DNA of 63,835 bases, filler included, from Reclinomonas americana ATCC 50394 (lineage: Eukaryota), in assembly GCA_048213135.1 (NCBI GenBank). It is 6 parts of 3 records of this genome, joined end to end, with 100 filler letters (N's around TTAATTAATTAA, not from the genome) between each part and the next. Parts side by side here need not be neighbours in the genome. Positions count along the whole stretch, not along the records: positions 10,894 to 34,192 come from PS015035.1; 5 more parts are not named here. The stretch is one strand, 5' to 3'. Positions 12,530-25,939 of the stretch are shown here, piece after piece. Position numbers and translations under genes: made by a program. Every line of letters starts with the position of its first letter. Positions within the stretch are counted from its first letter, which is position 1. Below the pieces are notes generated by a model, which saw only the letters and a program-made list of their open reading frames with translations, ran no database searches and was not told the origin of the DNA.

Positions 12530-14239
12530 TCATTGTTTTGTGGTCCGACGAGCGAGGGCTGCGTGGATGAATCTGTGCGGGTCATCGTGGTCGTTGTCGT
12601 GTATGTGTGTGAGTGTTTGCAATGAACGTGGTGAGTGTCGACAGTGACGTAACTCGTCGAGATCGCCGTCGAGTACGTTTTGCACGTCGGTCCGTTGCAC
12701 GCCGGTGCGCAGGTCCTTGACCAGCTGGGTGTGCATAGGTGAGGAGAGAGAGTGTGTGGAGAGAGAGAGAGAGAGATAGTGAGAGAAAGAAAAAAGTAAG
12801 GACAGGTATCACCCTTCTTCTCCTCCTTCCCCTCTTCCCCCCTTCCCCCTCTTCCCCCTTCCCTCTTTGTCGCACCTGGTACGGGGCCATCACATACGAC
12901 CGAATCTGCGATCCCCACGCATTCTCGCCGAGACTCGCCGCAAATGCCTCCTTTTCCGCCGCTCTGCAGAGAAGGGGTGAGTGCAACAACCAAGTGAGAA
13001 GCACTGATGCACATCGCACCGCTTCTGCTGCTCCCGCAGAAAAAGCTTGGCACGCAGCAACTCGAGTGCGCGCGCCTTATTCGAGTGCTGCGAGCGCTCG
13101 GACTGGCACTCTGTGCAGAAGAGTCACCATCGCCCCTCTTCTTCACAAGGCCTTTTTCATAACAGCCACGCACCAGCAACGAGTCCAGTCGGCAAGTGGA
13201 CGATGCGCACCGCACTCTCGGTGGTGTTCACATGCTGGCCACCGGCACCGCTGGAGCGAAACGTCTCCACGCGCAAATCCTTGACCGGCAACTCTCCCAC
13301 ACCACTTCCCTCTTCGGCACCACCATCGACAATCGGCAGCACCACCACCGACGCAAACGACGTGTGCCTCCGCCCCAGCGCATCAAACGGCGAGATGCGT
13401 ACCAGGCGGTGCACGCCGACCTCCGGCGCCAAATGCCCGTACGCAAACGGCGCCGGCACACGCAGGCTCCACGATCGCTCCCCGCTCGACATGACCTCGC
13501 CTGCCGCGAGTGAGCACTGGAGACAAGTTCCGAGCACGAAAAAAAAACGCAACAAGGAAACGCCTGCGCAGTCGCCCACCGACTGTACATGCGCGCCAGC
13601 ATCGCCGCCCAATCGCCGCTCTCCGTGCCACCCGCGCCCGCATGAATCTCCACGTAGGCGCCAGCCGACGCGTTCGGATTATCGCCGCACATCACCACCT
13701 CCGTGTGCAACCGGACCGCCTCCCGCACAACGCGCCGCCACGTGACCACACACTCCCGCGCAACCTCCTCATCTCCCGCCTCCCTCGCCATCTCCGACAA
13801 CTCCACCAGCTGGCGACACTCGGTCGACAAGCGATCCGCCGACTCGACACACTGCTTCAGCTGCCCGTACTCGCGAAGCAGCGCCTGTGCACGATCGCGT
13901 CGCGTTCCACCAGCACCAAACAGGTTCTGAACAGCGCGGGGTAAGCGATCGGTTGCACGCATGAGAACGCCTATAGTGTGCCTCGCATACCTCTGTCTGC
14001 TCCTGCAACGCACGCAGGCGATCGGCCGCGCCTGTGATCTGCAATCGCTGCTGCACAGCGTCGAGCAGCTGCTGCGTGCGTCGCGACTCCTCCATCACTG
14101 CACACACGCACAGTCAGCACTGTGCCTTTGTTGCGCGCATGCACACACAGACACAACTGGCGACCAGCGCGGCCAGTGGCGACGACGCTGCTGCAGTGGA
14201 GGAGACGAAACAACATCGCAAGACAACTCTCCTCAGCAT
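12530..14239 (-). CDS. prfB: Bacterial-type peptide chain release factor 2, probably mitochondrial, 8 exons
   Basis: [20 protein letters not shown] (SPF), [42 protein letters not shown]; Arg/Ser/Ala-rich presequence [10 protein letters not shown]. Confidence 0.93.
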
Positions 14240-14240
14240 T

Positions 14241-14961
14241 TCACTCCTCACAATCTGCACGCGCGTCCCACTCCAGCAATCGCGTGCGTCGCGCCTCCAC
14301 GTCGACACCCCCACGCAGCGCCAGTGTCGCACAACAATCATCGCACAAGCTCATTGGCAATCGCGCAGGCAACTCGTCTTCTTCGGTCTCATTGGTGTGC
14401 ATGAGACAGTGCGCAGCGTCGCAGTGCGGGAGGCGAGCAAGCGCGTGGCCGACCTCGTGCGTGCACACTTGCAGTGCGTGGTGGCGCGAGGGCAGGCGCG
14501 CCAGTGAGACCACGGCCACGCGGTGCTCCAGTGAGGCTTGTCCGTATGTGAAGCTCCAGTGTGGTGCCGGGAACACGTCGTAGAGTGTGAGGCCGAGGAC
14601 AATGAGTGGTGGCGAAGTGTCGCTGGTGAGTGTGCGGAGGCGGTGCAGCAGGTCGGTGGTCAGCAGCTGCTTCTCGTGTGTCACTGCGTGGCGGCGACGT
14701 GTGATGCCGGCCAGGTTCGGGATGGGTGGGGAGAGTGTGGCGTGCCATGGGTGGTAGAAGGCCGAGAGGAGGGAGGTGAGGAGTGGGAGCAGGTTGGGGA
14801 AGCTGTGTGCGTGTGTGTGAAGGTGTGAGCACAGGGGGCAGAGTGAGAGTGAAGGATGAGAGCATGCACCGTTCGTCGACCGTGGCCTCGTCCCACGTGT
14901 GCCCGAGTGGTACGATGAGGATGCGACCGGCGGCGGCGGCGTCGCGACACTCGTCACTCAT
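14241..14961 (-). CDS. Archaemetzincin-like (M54) zinc metalloprotease, 2 exons
   Basis: LGLTLYDVFP..WSFTYGQASL..VAVVSLAR, HEVGHALARLPHC...CLM...LCDDC. Confidence 0.85.
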
Positions 14962-16009
14962 CGTGTGCGTTCATGGGCGCGGCGATGTGATCGTGATGAG
15001 TTGATCGGTCGGCCTCGATCGTCCGCTGCTGTAGTCGCGAGCAGGCCTCCTCCAAGCCACAGTCTGTATCGCTTCTCCTCCGACACCATTTGGATCGCCA
15101 CCCAAGTATGTTGTCTTGCCACGACTTTGTGGTCTCCGTCCAGCCACCTCATTTGCTGGTTGCAGTCTTTGTCACTTCTTGTGCTCGATCGCCGTCAAGG
15201 TCAAAGACAGCCTGGTCGCTGCAAGTTCTCTTGTCGCAGGCTTTGTCACTTCTCTGGTGCACGGTCGTACTCTCAGGCTTCCTGATACAAACCTGATTGC
15301 TGACAAGGTCGACGAGCATAACATGCTGCGGTCTTACGATAGGCTTTGCAGCTTCTGCACTGCAATGCCAACTTGGCCACACTGGTGCTACTTCCAGCTC
15401 GTGCCACTGTCTTGCCTCTCTTCATCTCCTCATCTCTGATCGCTGCCAAGAATGCTTCCGCACTACAATGCCAACTAGCACAACGGACGAGGATTCGAGC
15501 ACTCTGATCGCTGTCACGGTCTACCTACTCACCACCTCTACACCTGACTTCTCTGCACTCACTCCCTTCCCTTCCTCTTCCTCACCTCTCCCTTCCCCTC
15601 TTTATCCCTTCTCCTCTTTTCCCTTCTCCGCTTATCCCCATCTACCCCTTCCAGATCGGCATACCAAATTTCCAGAATGTACCAGGCGACACTGAATCCG
15701 AGAGAGACAGACAAGCCAGACACGCAGAGGCAGACCGAGCAGACTGCAGAAAAAATAATACAACCTCCGAGAAGGCAACGGAGCACAAGACGAAAAAAGA
15801 AGCAAAGCACATGGAGAGCAACGACAACACGCATCGCTCCACCACTGCATCACCACCACCACCACCACCCCTCCACAAAAAGAGAGAGAAGGGAGTCTCT
15901 CGTCGTCGTCGGACCCACAATCACCACACGGCCAGTGTTATCCTCCCCCCACAATCACACGTCGGCTCACACCCGCACATCCACGCCCAACTGCCGTGCG
16001 TTTCCCTCC

Positions 16010-16696
16010 TTATTTCGCGGCCTTGGCAGCCACTGGCTTGGCCTGAGTGCCTGTGGATGGGAGGAGAAGGATGATCAGTCAGTCATGATATGTGAAGTGA
16101 TGGTGATGATGATGATGATGATGATTATATCGTACCGGCACGGAAGAAGTTCTTTGCGCGACGAGGAATGTCGGCCAAGTACTTCATGCGGCCAGTGCCC
16201 GTTGTGCGGCGTCGCTTGGCCTTGGAGCCCCAGTTGAAGTTGCGCATCTTGGCGGCAGGGTAGCCGCACGAGGCGCACTTCTTGCCCTGAATGTGCCAGG
16301 AGCGGCGACCGCAGCGGACGCACAGACCGTGCGTCTTGTTTTGTCGCGGACCGAATGACTGCGTGCCCTTGGTCTAACGAGTGTGGAGAGAGCGGTGAGC
16401 GACATGACTTGCTGCAACACTCACACGACAAACAAAGCCATGACACACACACACTCTCGCTGTCTCTCTGCGTGTGCACATAGTGGGATCCTCTCACGTG
16501 CACACACACAGCGTGGTGGAAAGTGCGTGGGAGGGGAGCGCGCATGTGTCACATGGTCATGCACATCAAGCGCCAACAAACACACACAGCCACACGTGCG
16601 CACAGACAGACACGACTGCGGCATGACACGCGCAGAGACACAGACAAGAGTGTATGGTGGTGGGCGTGTGACAGGCGAGGCAAGGCGACAAACCAT
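16010..16696 (-). CDS. RPL37: 60S ribosomal protein L37 (eL37); first coding exon is ATG only
   Basis: [39 protein letters not shown]...[13 protein letters not shown]. Confidence 0.97.
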
Positions 16697-16942
16697 CTCT
16701 CGTGATCCTGGTTGGTTGTGAGTGGAAATCCGTCCGTCGATCGGCCACACTTCAATCACTCACAAATCACACCCCTCCCCAGAGAACTCAGGTACGCCTC
16801 TCACTGCCTCTCCTTCTCTGTGTGTGCGTGTATATCAGCAGTGCGCACGAGCGTTTGTGTGTCATTCGTGCAAGTGAGCGTGTGTGAGTGTTTGTGTGCG
16901 TCGCTGCTCATTTCCTGCGTCCACGCACTCTCTCTTTCTCAG

Positions 16943-18346
16943 ATGGCAGACGCTCCCAAGAAGCGCAGCGGCCTGGCGGTCGGCCTGAACCGCGGCCACG
17001 TGACTCACCGCCTGTCGGTGCCCCCCAAGATCTCTCGCCGAAAGGGAGTTTCGTGCACGAGAGACAGAGACTCATGCACAGAGACTGTTGGGAGAAACGT
17101 GCAAGAGAGAGTAGTGGCGCCTTTCTTGAGTGTGCTTGTGTGCGCGTGTGTGTCGCTGCGCGTGATGTGCGGGTGTGAGGCGAGAGTGTTGTGTGTCTGC
17201 CATGTGCATGCATCATGGCGCGCACACTCCCTCCCTCCCCCTTGTCTTTGCGCCCTGCCGTCGCCACCAGCTGTATGCATATGTGGAGGCACAGGGAAGA
17301 GAGTGGAGAGTGGGGAGATAGGGAGAGAAGAAAAATTTAGCATTCTTCCTCAGTCGCTTGATTCACATCGTTCTCCTGTGTGGTTGGTTCTCTTGCCCCT
17401 TATCTACCTACTCCACTGTGATGCCACTGAGAATCCTCGATGGATTCACTCAGATCACGGCATTGCATCCTTGATACATTCTCAAAGTTTTCATCACTCA
17501 TTCCTTTCTGCTTTCCCACTCCTTCCATGGTCGCCCTCTTCTCCTTCTCCCTGCTCTTTCCCCTCATCTCCTTCTCTCTTAGCTCGCATCACTGCCCCCT
17601 TTCCTTCATTGCTGCTTCATCTTCCGTCTTGCATCTTGTCTCATTCCTCGTCTATGCACGCCCTTTCCTCGCTGTTTCCCCCTTCATTACCCCTTCATTC
17701 CTCCTCCCCATCCCGCTTCTCATTACCCGTTCCCGTTGCTCCTTCCCTCACCTTCTAGCTCAGTCCTCGCCTCTCCTTTTTTCGCCTCTCTTCCCCTACT
17801 CGCTTCTCCCATCTTCCTTCTCCACTGTCCCTTGCGCCGCATTCATCTTCCACTCTCCTATCCTTCGCGTCCTCCCTCATTCCCCCTTCAAATGCACGCC
17901 TTTCTCTCCCCTTGTCCACTTTGTTCTTCTCCGCTTTTCATACCCCCTCTCTCTCTCTATTCTCCTTCCCCCTTCCTCTTTCCCCTCCTCTCTCCTCCCC
18001 CTTCCCTCCTTCTCCCATCTCACTCCCCCCTTCCCTTTCTTCCCCCCACAGGCCAACACCAAGCAGAACAAGCTGATCCGATCAGTGATCCGCGAGGTGG
18101 CCGGCATGGCGCCGTTCGAGAAGCGCGTGCTTGAAATGCTCAAGAACGACTTTGAGAAGAAGGCACTCAAGTTCGCCAAGAAGCGCGTTGCGTAATCCAT
18201 CCGCGCACCACTGCAGAATGACAGAGGTGATGATCGACGGGAGAATGCTGATTTTTGTTTGTGCGTAGCTGGGCACTCACACTCGCGGCAAGAAGAAGCG
18301 CCAAGAGCTGTCGGACCTGGTCCGCGCCATGCGCAAGAAGCACTAA
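16943..18346 (+). CDS. RPL36: 60S ribosomal protein L36 (eL36); exons 16943-17047, 18052-18186, 18269-18346; 5'UTR intron ends directly before ATG
   Basis: GLAVGLNRGHVT, IREVAGMAPFEKRVLEMLK, ALKFAKKRLGTHTRGKKK. Confidence 0.97.
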
Positions 18347-18694
18347 TCTGCGACGCACTCGAAAGGAGGGAGACGACGGTGCGCGGGCAGTGGTGGTGGT
18401 GGATGCTTTGTGGAGGAGAGGTTTGGAGGGCTGGCGTGGAGACTCAGCTTGTTGGAGGACGATGGATGATGATCGGGCGATTGTGGACAATGGCGGCTGC
18501 AAGGTCGTCTATTACGAGTCGCTAGGTGTTAATCATTTTCCTGTTTGTTGCTCTGTGGCTCTGTTTTTCTCATCGTTGGTGTTTCTCGCTCTCTTTGCGC
18601 GGGCAATCTATTGCCATTCTCTTCGTGTGCCGGAGACTTTGTTATCACTTGCTGGCAATATCTTCTGACTCTGGTTCTCTGCGTGTGTGGTTAG

Positions 18695-20241
<1,547 letters not shown>

Positions 20242-20605
20242 GCGGGAGGGAGAGGGAATAGGTAGAGCGAGATAGAGATAGGGGGCTCGTTGTCGTGCTA
20301 AACATCGGCCGTGCTGTTTATTGTTTTCGGTCATCTCCTCCAGTGTCCCTGGGAGACTCCATTTTTGCAGTGCTGCGTATTCTCCACAGAAGGCTGATGC
20401 TCTGATCAGGTCAAGCTGGCTGGTTATTCCTGCGAGCTCCTTCATCTTCCAGTGCGTACACAGAAAGCAGCGCAGCTTCTTCTATGACTGACGCTTCAGA
20501 GCCGTACCCTTGCTCCCGATACGATGCGCCTCATAATTATCTTCAGTTTCTCCCCTGCTCTCCCACTCTCATTCAGGCAGTGCCGTTTATTCTCGTCAGC
20601 TCCTC

Positions 20606-21707
20606 CTACCCTTCTCCCATCTCCGCTTCTCGCGCAGCATGCATGCGCAACGCACACAATCGACAGTGCTCCCACACAAAACACCGCAACACCATCTCCG
20701 GCAGACTCTCCTCCCCGACCTCCACACGTACCTCGTGCAGCGCCTGCAACGCCTCACCAATCACCTCCATCTCGCGATGGATGCACGCCACACCATCCAC
20801 CGTGTGCTCACTGACGTCCCACACGTACACCACACCATCGCTGTCGGCTGCCGCCACTCGGCCCGCATCAATAAACACCACACCAGTCAATCGCGAGGCC
20901 GGTACCTCGGCCGTGCACAGCAGTTGCTGCGATGAGTTCCACAGCTGCAAGTGGCCATCTGCAGACTTGGTGAGGCGACACAGGGGCAATAGTAGAAGAA
21001 ATAGGAGACGCACCAGCCGTGCACGCTGCGACGACTTGTCCACCACAGCCACGGCCCACCGCCAAAGCCGTGTACTCCATCGCGCCTCCACTGCGCCACT
21101 GTTCCACCGCACCCTCGCCCGTCACCACCACCGACCTAAAGTACCCACCACGCTCCGCATACACCACGCGCTCCTCCCCCTCCTCGCCCAACACCCCAAT
21201 CGCCACAGGCGACACCGCAACCGCCAACAACCTCACTGCCGTCCACGTACGCGTGCTCCACAGCTCCACCGTCCCACCCGCAGTCAACACCACAAAGCAC
21301 TCCTCCGGAACCTCCACCAGTTGCACCACTGACGCTCCTGTCCACGCAACTCGTCGCCACACTGCACCAGTGGTCGCACGCAACACCAACAACTGCTTCG
21401 GCGAGGCCGCCACCACCAGCGACGCACGCGATACCACACAGACAGCTGCGCATGCTCCACTGATACTAGCAGACCACATGCACATTCCATTGCTCCACAT
21501 GCGCACGGCTGCACGATCGCCAGTGATGACATAGTCGTCGGTGAGAAAGGCCAAGGCGGTGATGCATGTGGCGTCAGTGTGCACAGTGTGCGCGTTGTCC
21601 CAGTCGTGCACGAGAAGGTGACCGGAGGTGCAGGCGAGGGCGAGGCGACGTCGACCGGCGCAGAAGCAGGTGATGGGTGAGGGGGCGGTGAGTGCACGTC
21701 GCGGCAT
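20606..21707 (-). CDS. WD40-repeat protein, 2 exons
   Basis: Repeats ending VHDW, VRMW, GTVELW, GHLQLW, GVVYVWD; phase-1 intron joins ORFs 20868-21707 and 20606-21112. Confidence 0.75.
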
Positions 21708-21766
21708 GAGAGACAGGAGAGAACGTCGAGTGTGTCCTCTGTCATTGTGTTGTGTTGTTGACAGTG

Positions 21767-21851
21767 ATGGCGAGCTCGTCGCAGCAGCAGAGTCGAGCCA
21801 AGCGATGTCTTGGTGAGCGTGTGTGTGTGTGTGTGTGTGCGTGTGTGTGTG

Positions 21852-21883
<32 letters not shown>

Positions 21884-23073
21884 CTCAAGTTGTCGCGCAT
21901 TCTCTCTGTCTTTCAGGGCTGTTGGAACGTGTGAACTCGTGTGCTGGCACGCTTGATGTGTCTGTGGAGGGCAAGACGGGGTGCGGCAAGACCTCCACTG
22001 TGCTCAACTTGTGTGGTGAGTGACGCGNNNNNNNNNNNNNNNNNNNNNNNNNNNNNNNNNNNNNNNNNNNNNNNNNNNNNNNNNNNNNNNNNNNNNNNNN
22101 NNNNNNNNNNNNNNNNNNNNNNNNNNNNNNNNNNNNNNNNNNNNNNNNNNNNNNNNNNNNNNNNNNNNNNNNNNNNNNNNNNNNNNNNNNNNNNNNNNNN
22201 NNNNNNNNNNNNNNNNNNNNNNNNNNNNNNNNNNNNNNNNNNNNNNNNNNNNNNNNNNNNNNNNNNNNTGTGTGAGTGTGTGAGAGGGAGAGAGAGTGAG
22301 AGAGAGATGCTCTGTGATGATGATGATGATTGAATGCATTGTGTTGTTTTTTCTTTAGGAATTCCTGGAGTTCCCAAGTCGGCGGTTGGACTGGCTGTGT
22401 GGCACACGTTGTGGCCGTATGCTGACGATCCGGAGCAGTCGACATCGATGCCGTCGTCGTCGGCAGCGGCGTCGGCGGCGAGTGCGAGTGGTGAGTGTGG
22501 AGGAGGAGAGAAGAGTGGGAGAAGAAGAAGAAGAGGAAGGAGGAACAGCAACATAACAACAACAAGCAAGAGAAGGAGAAAAACGATGAGCAGGAGAAGA
22601 AGGCGTGAAGCAACGAGCGAGAGAATGTGGATACAAGGAGGCGACGAAACAGAAGAGAAGACAGAGCTGGAGAATGTGGGGGAGCTTGTGAGAGCAAGCA
22701 GATGTGTGGGACGATAGAGAAAGAGTGGAGAGTTCAAGGGAATAGAAAGAGACGAGATAGAGAAGAGAACGTGCCGGAGAGACTGTCAGAGTTGAAGAGA
22801 GACAAAGAAAAGACAAGAAACTTGGTGCTCCCTTGGATCCTCTTCTCTCTCTCCTTTCTGTTCTTCTCTCCCTGCACTGTTTCATTTTGTATCGCTTTCT
22901 CCCCGTGTTCTTCTTCCGCCTATCCACTTCACTCTTGTCTTCTCTGGTGTCTCTTTTTCTTGTTCTTCACTTGTTCCCTGTGTCTCTCTCTCCCTCTCTG
23001 TCTCTCGTTCTGTCTCTGTCTCGTTCTTGCTCTTCACTTGTTCCATTTCTCTTGCGCGTGTGCACGCTTCTCT

Positions 23074-23119
<46 letters not shown>

Positions 23120-24055
23120 TTGTACCATCTCTCCACCCCTCATTCCTCGCCCGTGTCTCTCCTGTTCTTCCTTTTCTGCTCGTAATGCTTTTGTTCTCTG
23201 GTCACTCCCTCCTTGCCTCTCACCTGCTGGCCTACTTCATTTCACATCCTCCCTTCCCCTCTCATCCCTTTCCCTCTCATCCCTTCCCCTCGCCTTCCCT
23301 TCCCCTCACCTTCCCCTCTCATCCCTTTCCCTCGCCTTCCCAGTGGATCGATCACGCTGGCGAGTGCGCTTCCACGACGTACCGACGGTGATCCAATCAC
23401 GCTTCTCGTACGTCCGCGAGCAGATGCCGAGAGCGCCGCATGTTCGTCTGAAGGTGTTCTCGTGCGGCGACCGCGATTCGCTGGCCTCGTTGGAGGAGTC
23501 GGTATGTGTACGCGCGTGGTCATTCCGCAACTTCAATTTTTCTCACCTCCCTCTCTCTCTCTCTCTCGCAGCTTGTCGACGACCTCGCGAATGCATCTCC
23601 GGTGCGGCTCGTGTTTGTGTGCTCATTTGCGCGACCGTGTCACTCACCCCGTGACGCGCAGAAAGGAAACGAGGTTGCCGACTCGATTCCGGTGGTGATT
23701 GTGGGCACGATGAAGCACACGCGATTCGGCATCATGGAGGAGGACCTGGAGCTCTTCTGTGCACGATGGAACTGTGAGATCCACACGATTGAGAACTTCC
23801 CGAAGCAGGGAGGCGATGTGGCCGAGGTGGAGACGTCCGACATGGCCAACGATATTCGAGTTGCGTGCCTCGTTGTCATCGCCCTGCTGCTGCGGCATCT
23901 CATCAACCGCGCACTCTCAGGACATGACCAAACTCATGAACGCGATTGTGGACGCTGGCGCCACACGGTGGGCAGCCGAGGCCGCGCGTACGCACACCAA
24001 GTTCGACCCGCGAAGACAGCCATCTCCCAAGCGGAAGAAGGGCAAGCCAAAGTAG
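21767..24055 (+). CDS. Atypical small GTPase, CPLANE2/RSG1-like (spans a gap)
   Basis: P-loop GKTGCGKT, GLAVWHTLWP, VRFHD, KVFSCGDRDSL, IPVVIVGT; family assigned from remembered motif layout. Confidence 0.65.
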
Positions 24056-24355
24056 AGACTTCCTGCCTTGGGAAGTGAACTTTCTTGTATCTGGATTTTC
24101 GACTCCCACACTCCTTGCTTCCTCTGCACGCACACCAAGTTCGACCCGCGAAGACAGCCATCTCCCAAACGGAAGAAGGGCAAGCCAAAGTAGAGACTTT
24201 GTGCCTCAGCAAGTGAACTTTCTTGTACCTGGATACTCGCCTCCCACACTCCCAGTTTCCTCTGCACGCACACCAAGTTCGACCCGCGAAGACAGCCATC
24301 TCTCATGCGGAAGAAGGGGAAGCCAAAGAGATGCTGCTCGACGACAAGTGAACTG
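23991..24355 (+). repeat. 138-bp tandem repeat, about 2.6 copies
   Basis: cgcacaccaagttcgacccgcgaagacagccatctc starts at 23991, 24129 and 24267. Confidence 0.93.
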
Positions 24356-24983
24356 ATTGTGTCACTGACTCCCAGTCATCTTTCTGCATGAAATCGTACT
24401 TTTGTGTACTGACCCACCACCACCACCACCACCACCACCACCTGCCGCATCCACTGGCACGCACTGCATCCACATATACAACCTTGCTCGACTGGCGGTG
24501 TCCCGCCACCTCGTCCACCGCGCGCCCGTATCCCCCGCCGCCTCTCCCAACCGCCCGCCACCGCATAGCCATCCCCTCCACTCCTCCTCCTCCTCCTCCT
24601 CCATCCGCGGCACACCGCCACTCCATGCCAACGTACCGCAAGCAACAATGCAGGCGCCTCACGAGCTTGACACCGACAGAAGGGATCGAGCGAATTTTCA
24701 GCTCTGCAGCAAGAAATAGAGCTCAGTCCACATCAGGGGGTGGCGGTACGCGTCGGATGGATGGAGGAGAGGGGGGGCAGAGCTTGCGGGAGGGGAGGCA
24801 GAAGCGGTGTGGCGGGAGGTAGTTGGAGGAGCAGGGCGGCACTCTGGACACAGGGAACTGAGGATGATTGACAAAAACACACTGCAGCCACCGGCGACAA
24901 CAACAACGACGGCGACGGAGGGGCGGGCAGGCGAGACAGACACACAAAAAGTACGAAGAGGGTGGGCACCAGGCGGCAGCAGA

Positions 24984-25733
24984 TCACTCGCGCACCCGCG
25001 AGCCATCTCCTCCTGCACGGCACAGAAAACCAAGTGAGTGATTCTCGGCAAAAAAAGCCACATCAACAATGTACAAAGACACACGCACCCCTTCGGTACT
25101 TCTGCTTGGGGCTGTCGGCGCCGTCGTCGATCTCGCCCTCGTCACTCGGCTCACGCTCACGCTCCCGAGAGTGTTTCTAAAGAATGCGTGCGTGCGAATT
25201 CAGTGAATCTCGAGGTGGATAGCACCCGTGATCGCGCACACTCACCCGCCCGGCAAGGCCCTCGCTTTCCACTTCCATCTTCCGGGAGTCGGGCGAGCGC
25301 TCGCGACTGCGCTTCCGCTGCACAAACGAAGGAAATTATCGTCAGTGTGAGCAGGCAGATAAAAGTCAGCACCACACTGCACTCACCCTTGACGGCGAAC
25401 GCGATGACGTGCGCGAATCACGACGCCGGGAGCTGGAAAGCGAGGGCGACACCGAGCGGTCACGAGTCTCTGCGCCATTCTCTGCCTGTGCCCCGCTCTC
25501 ACGTCTGCTCCGCAGCCGTTCCACGTACTCAGCAAATACCTTGGCCGCCACGGACTCTTCTAGGTGACGGTACGACGAGTGCCCTTCGAGCGAGGCCTTC
25601 AGTTCATCCTGCACGAGCCACCAATCAGCACGCAGCACACACGTGATATCGTAGAGGCGCACAGCCTTCACACGCAACATTCCATTCGTCTGTCTCGCGA
25701 ATGTGCTTGCGCTTGAGGAGATCACGGAAACGG
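24984..25733 (-). CDS. PRP40-like splicing factor, C-terminal exons (last FF domain and RS-rich tail)
   Basis: FRDLLKRKHIRETDEWN...KVFAEYVERL, followed by SRSPSR and SDEGEI tail. Confidence 0.7.
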
Positions 25734-25777
25734 NNNNNNNNNNNNNNNNNNNNNNNNNNNNNNNNNNNNNNNNNNNG

Positions 25778-25935
<158 letters not shown>

Positions 25936-25939
25936 ACAG

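Noticed and set aside
12530-14239. Bacterial contamination or a programmed RF2 frameshift
   Set aside because: The gene has seven spliceosomal introns and a presequence; all frame changes are explained by introns
23991-24355. CRISPR-like array
   Set aside because: The whole 138-bp unit repeats with no unique spacers, in a eukaryotic context
24388-24822. Pro/His-rich ORFs between the GTPase and PRP40
   Set aside because: Low-complexity repeats open in several frames with no recognisable domain; cannot be supported as a gene
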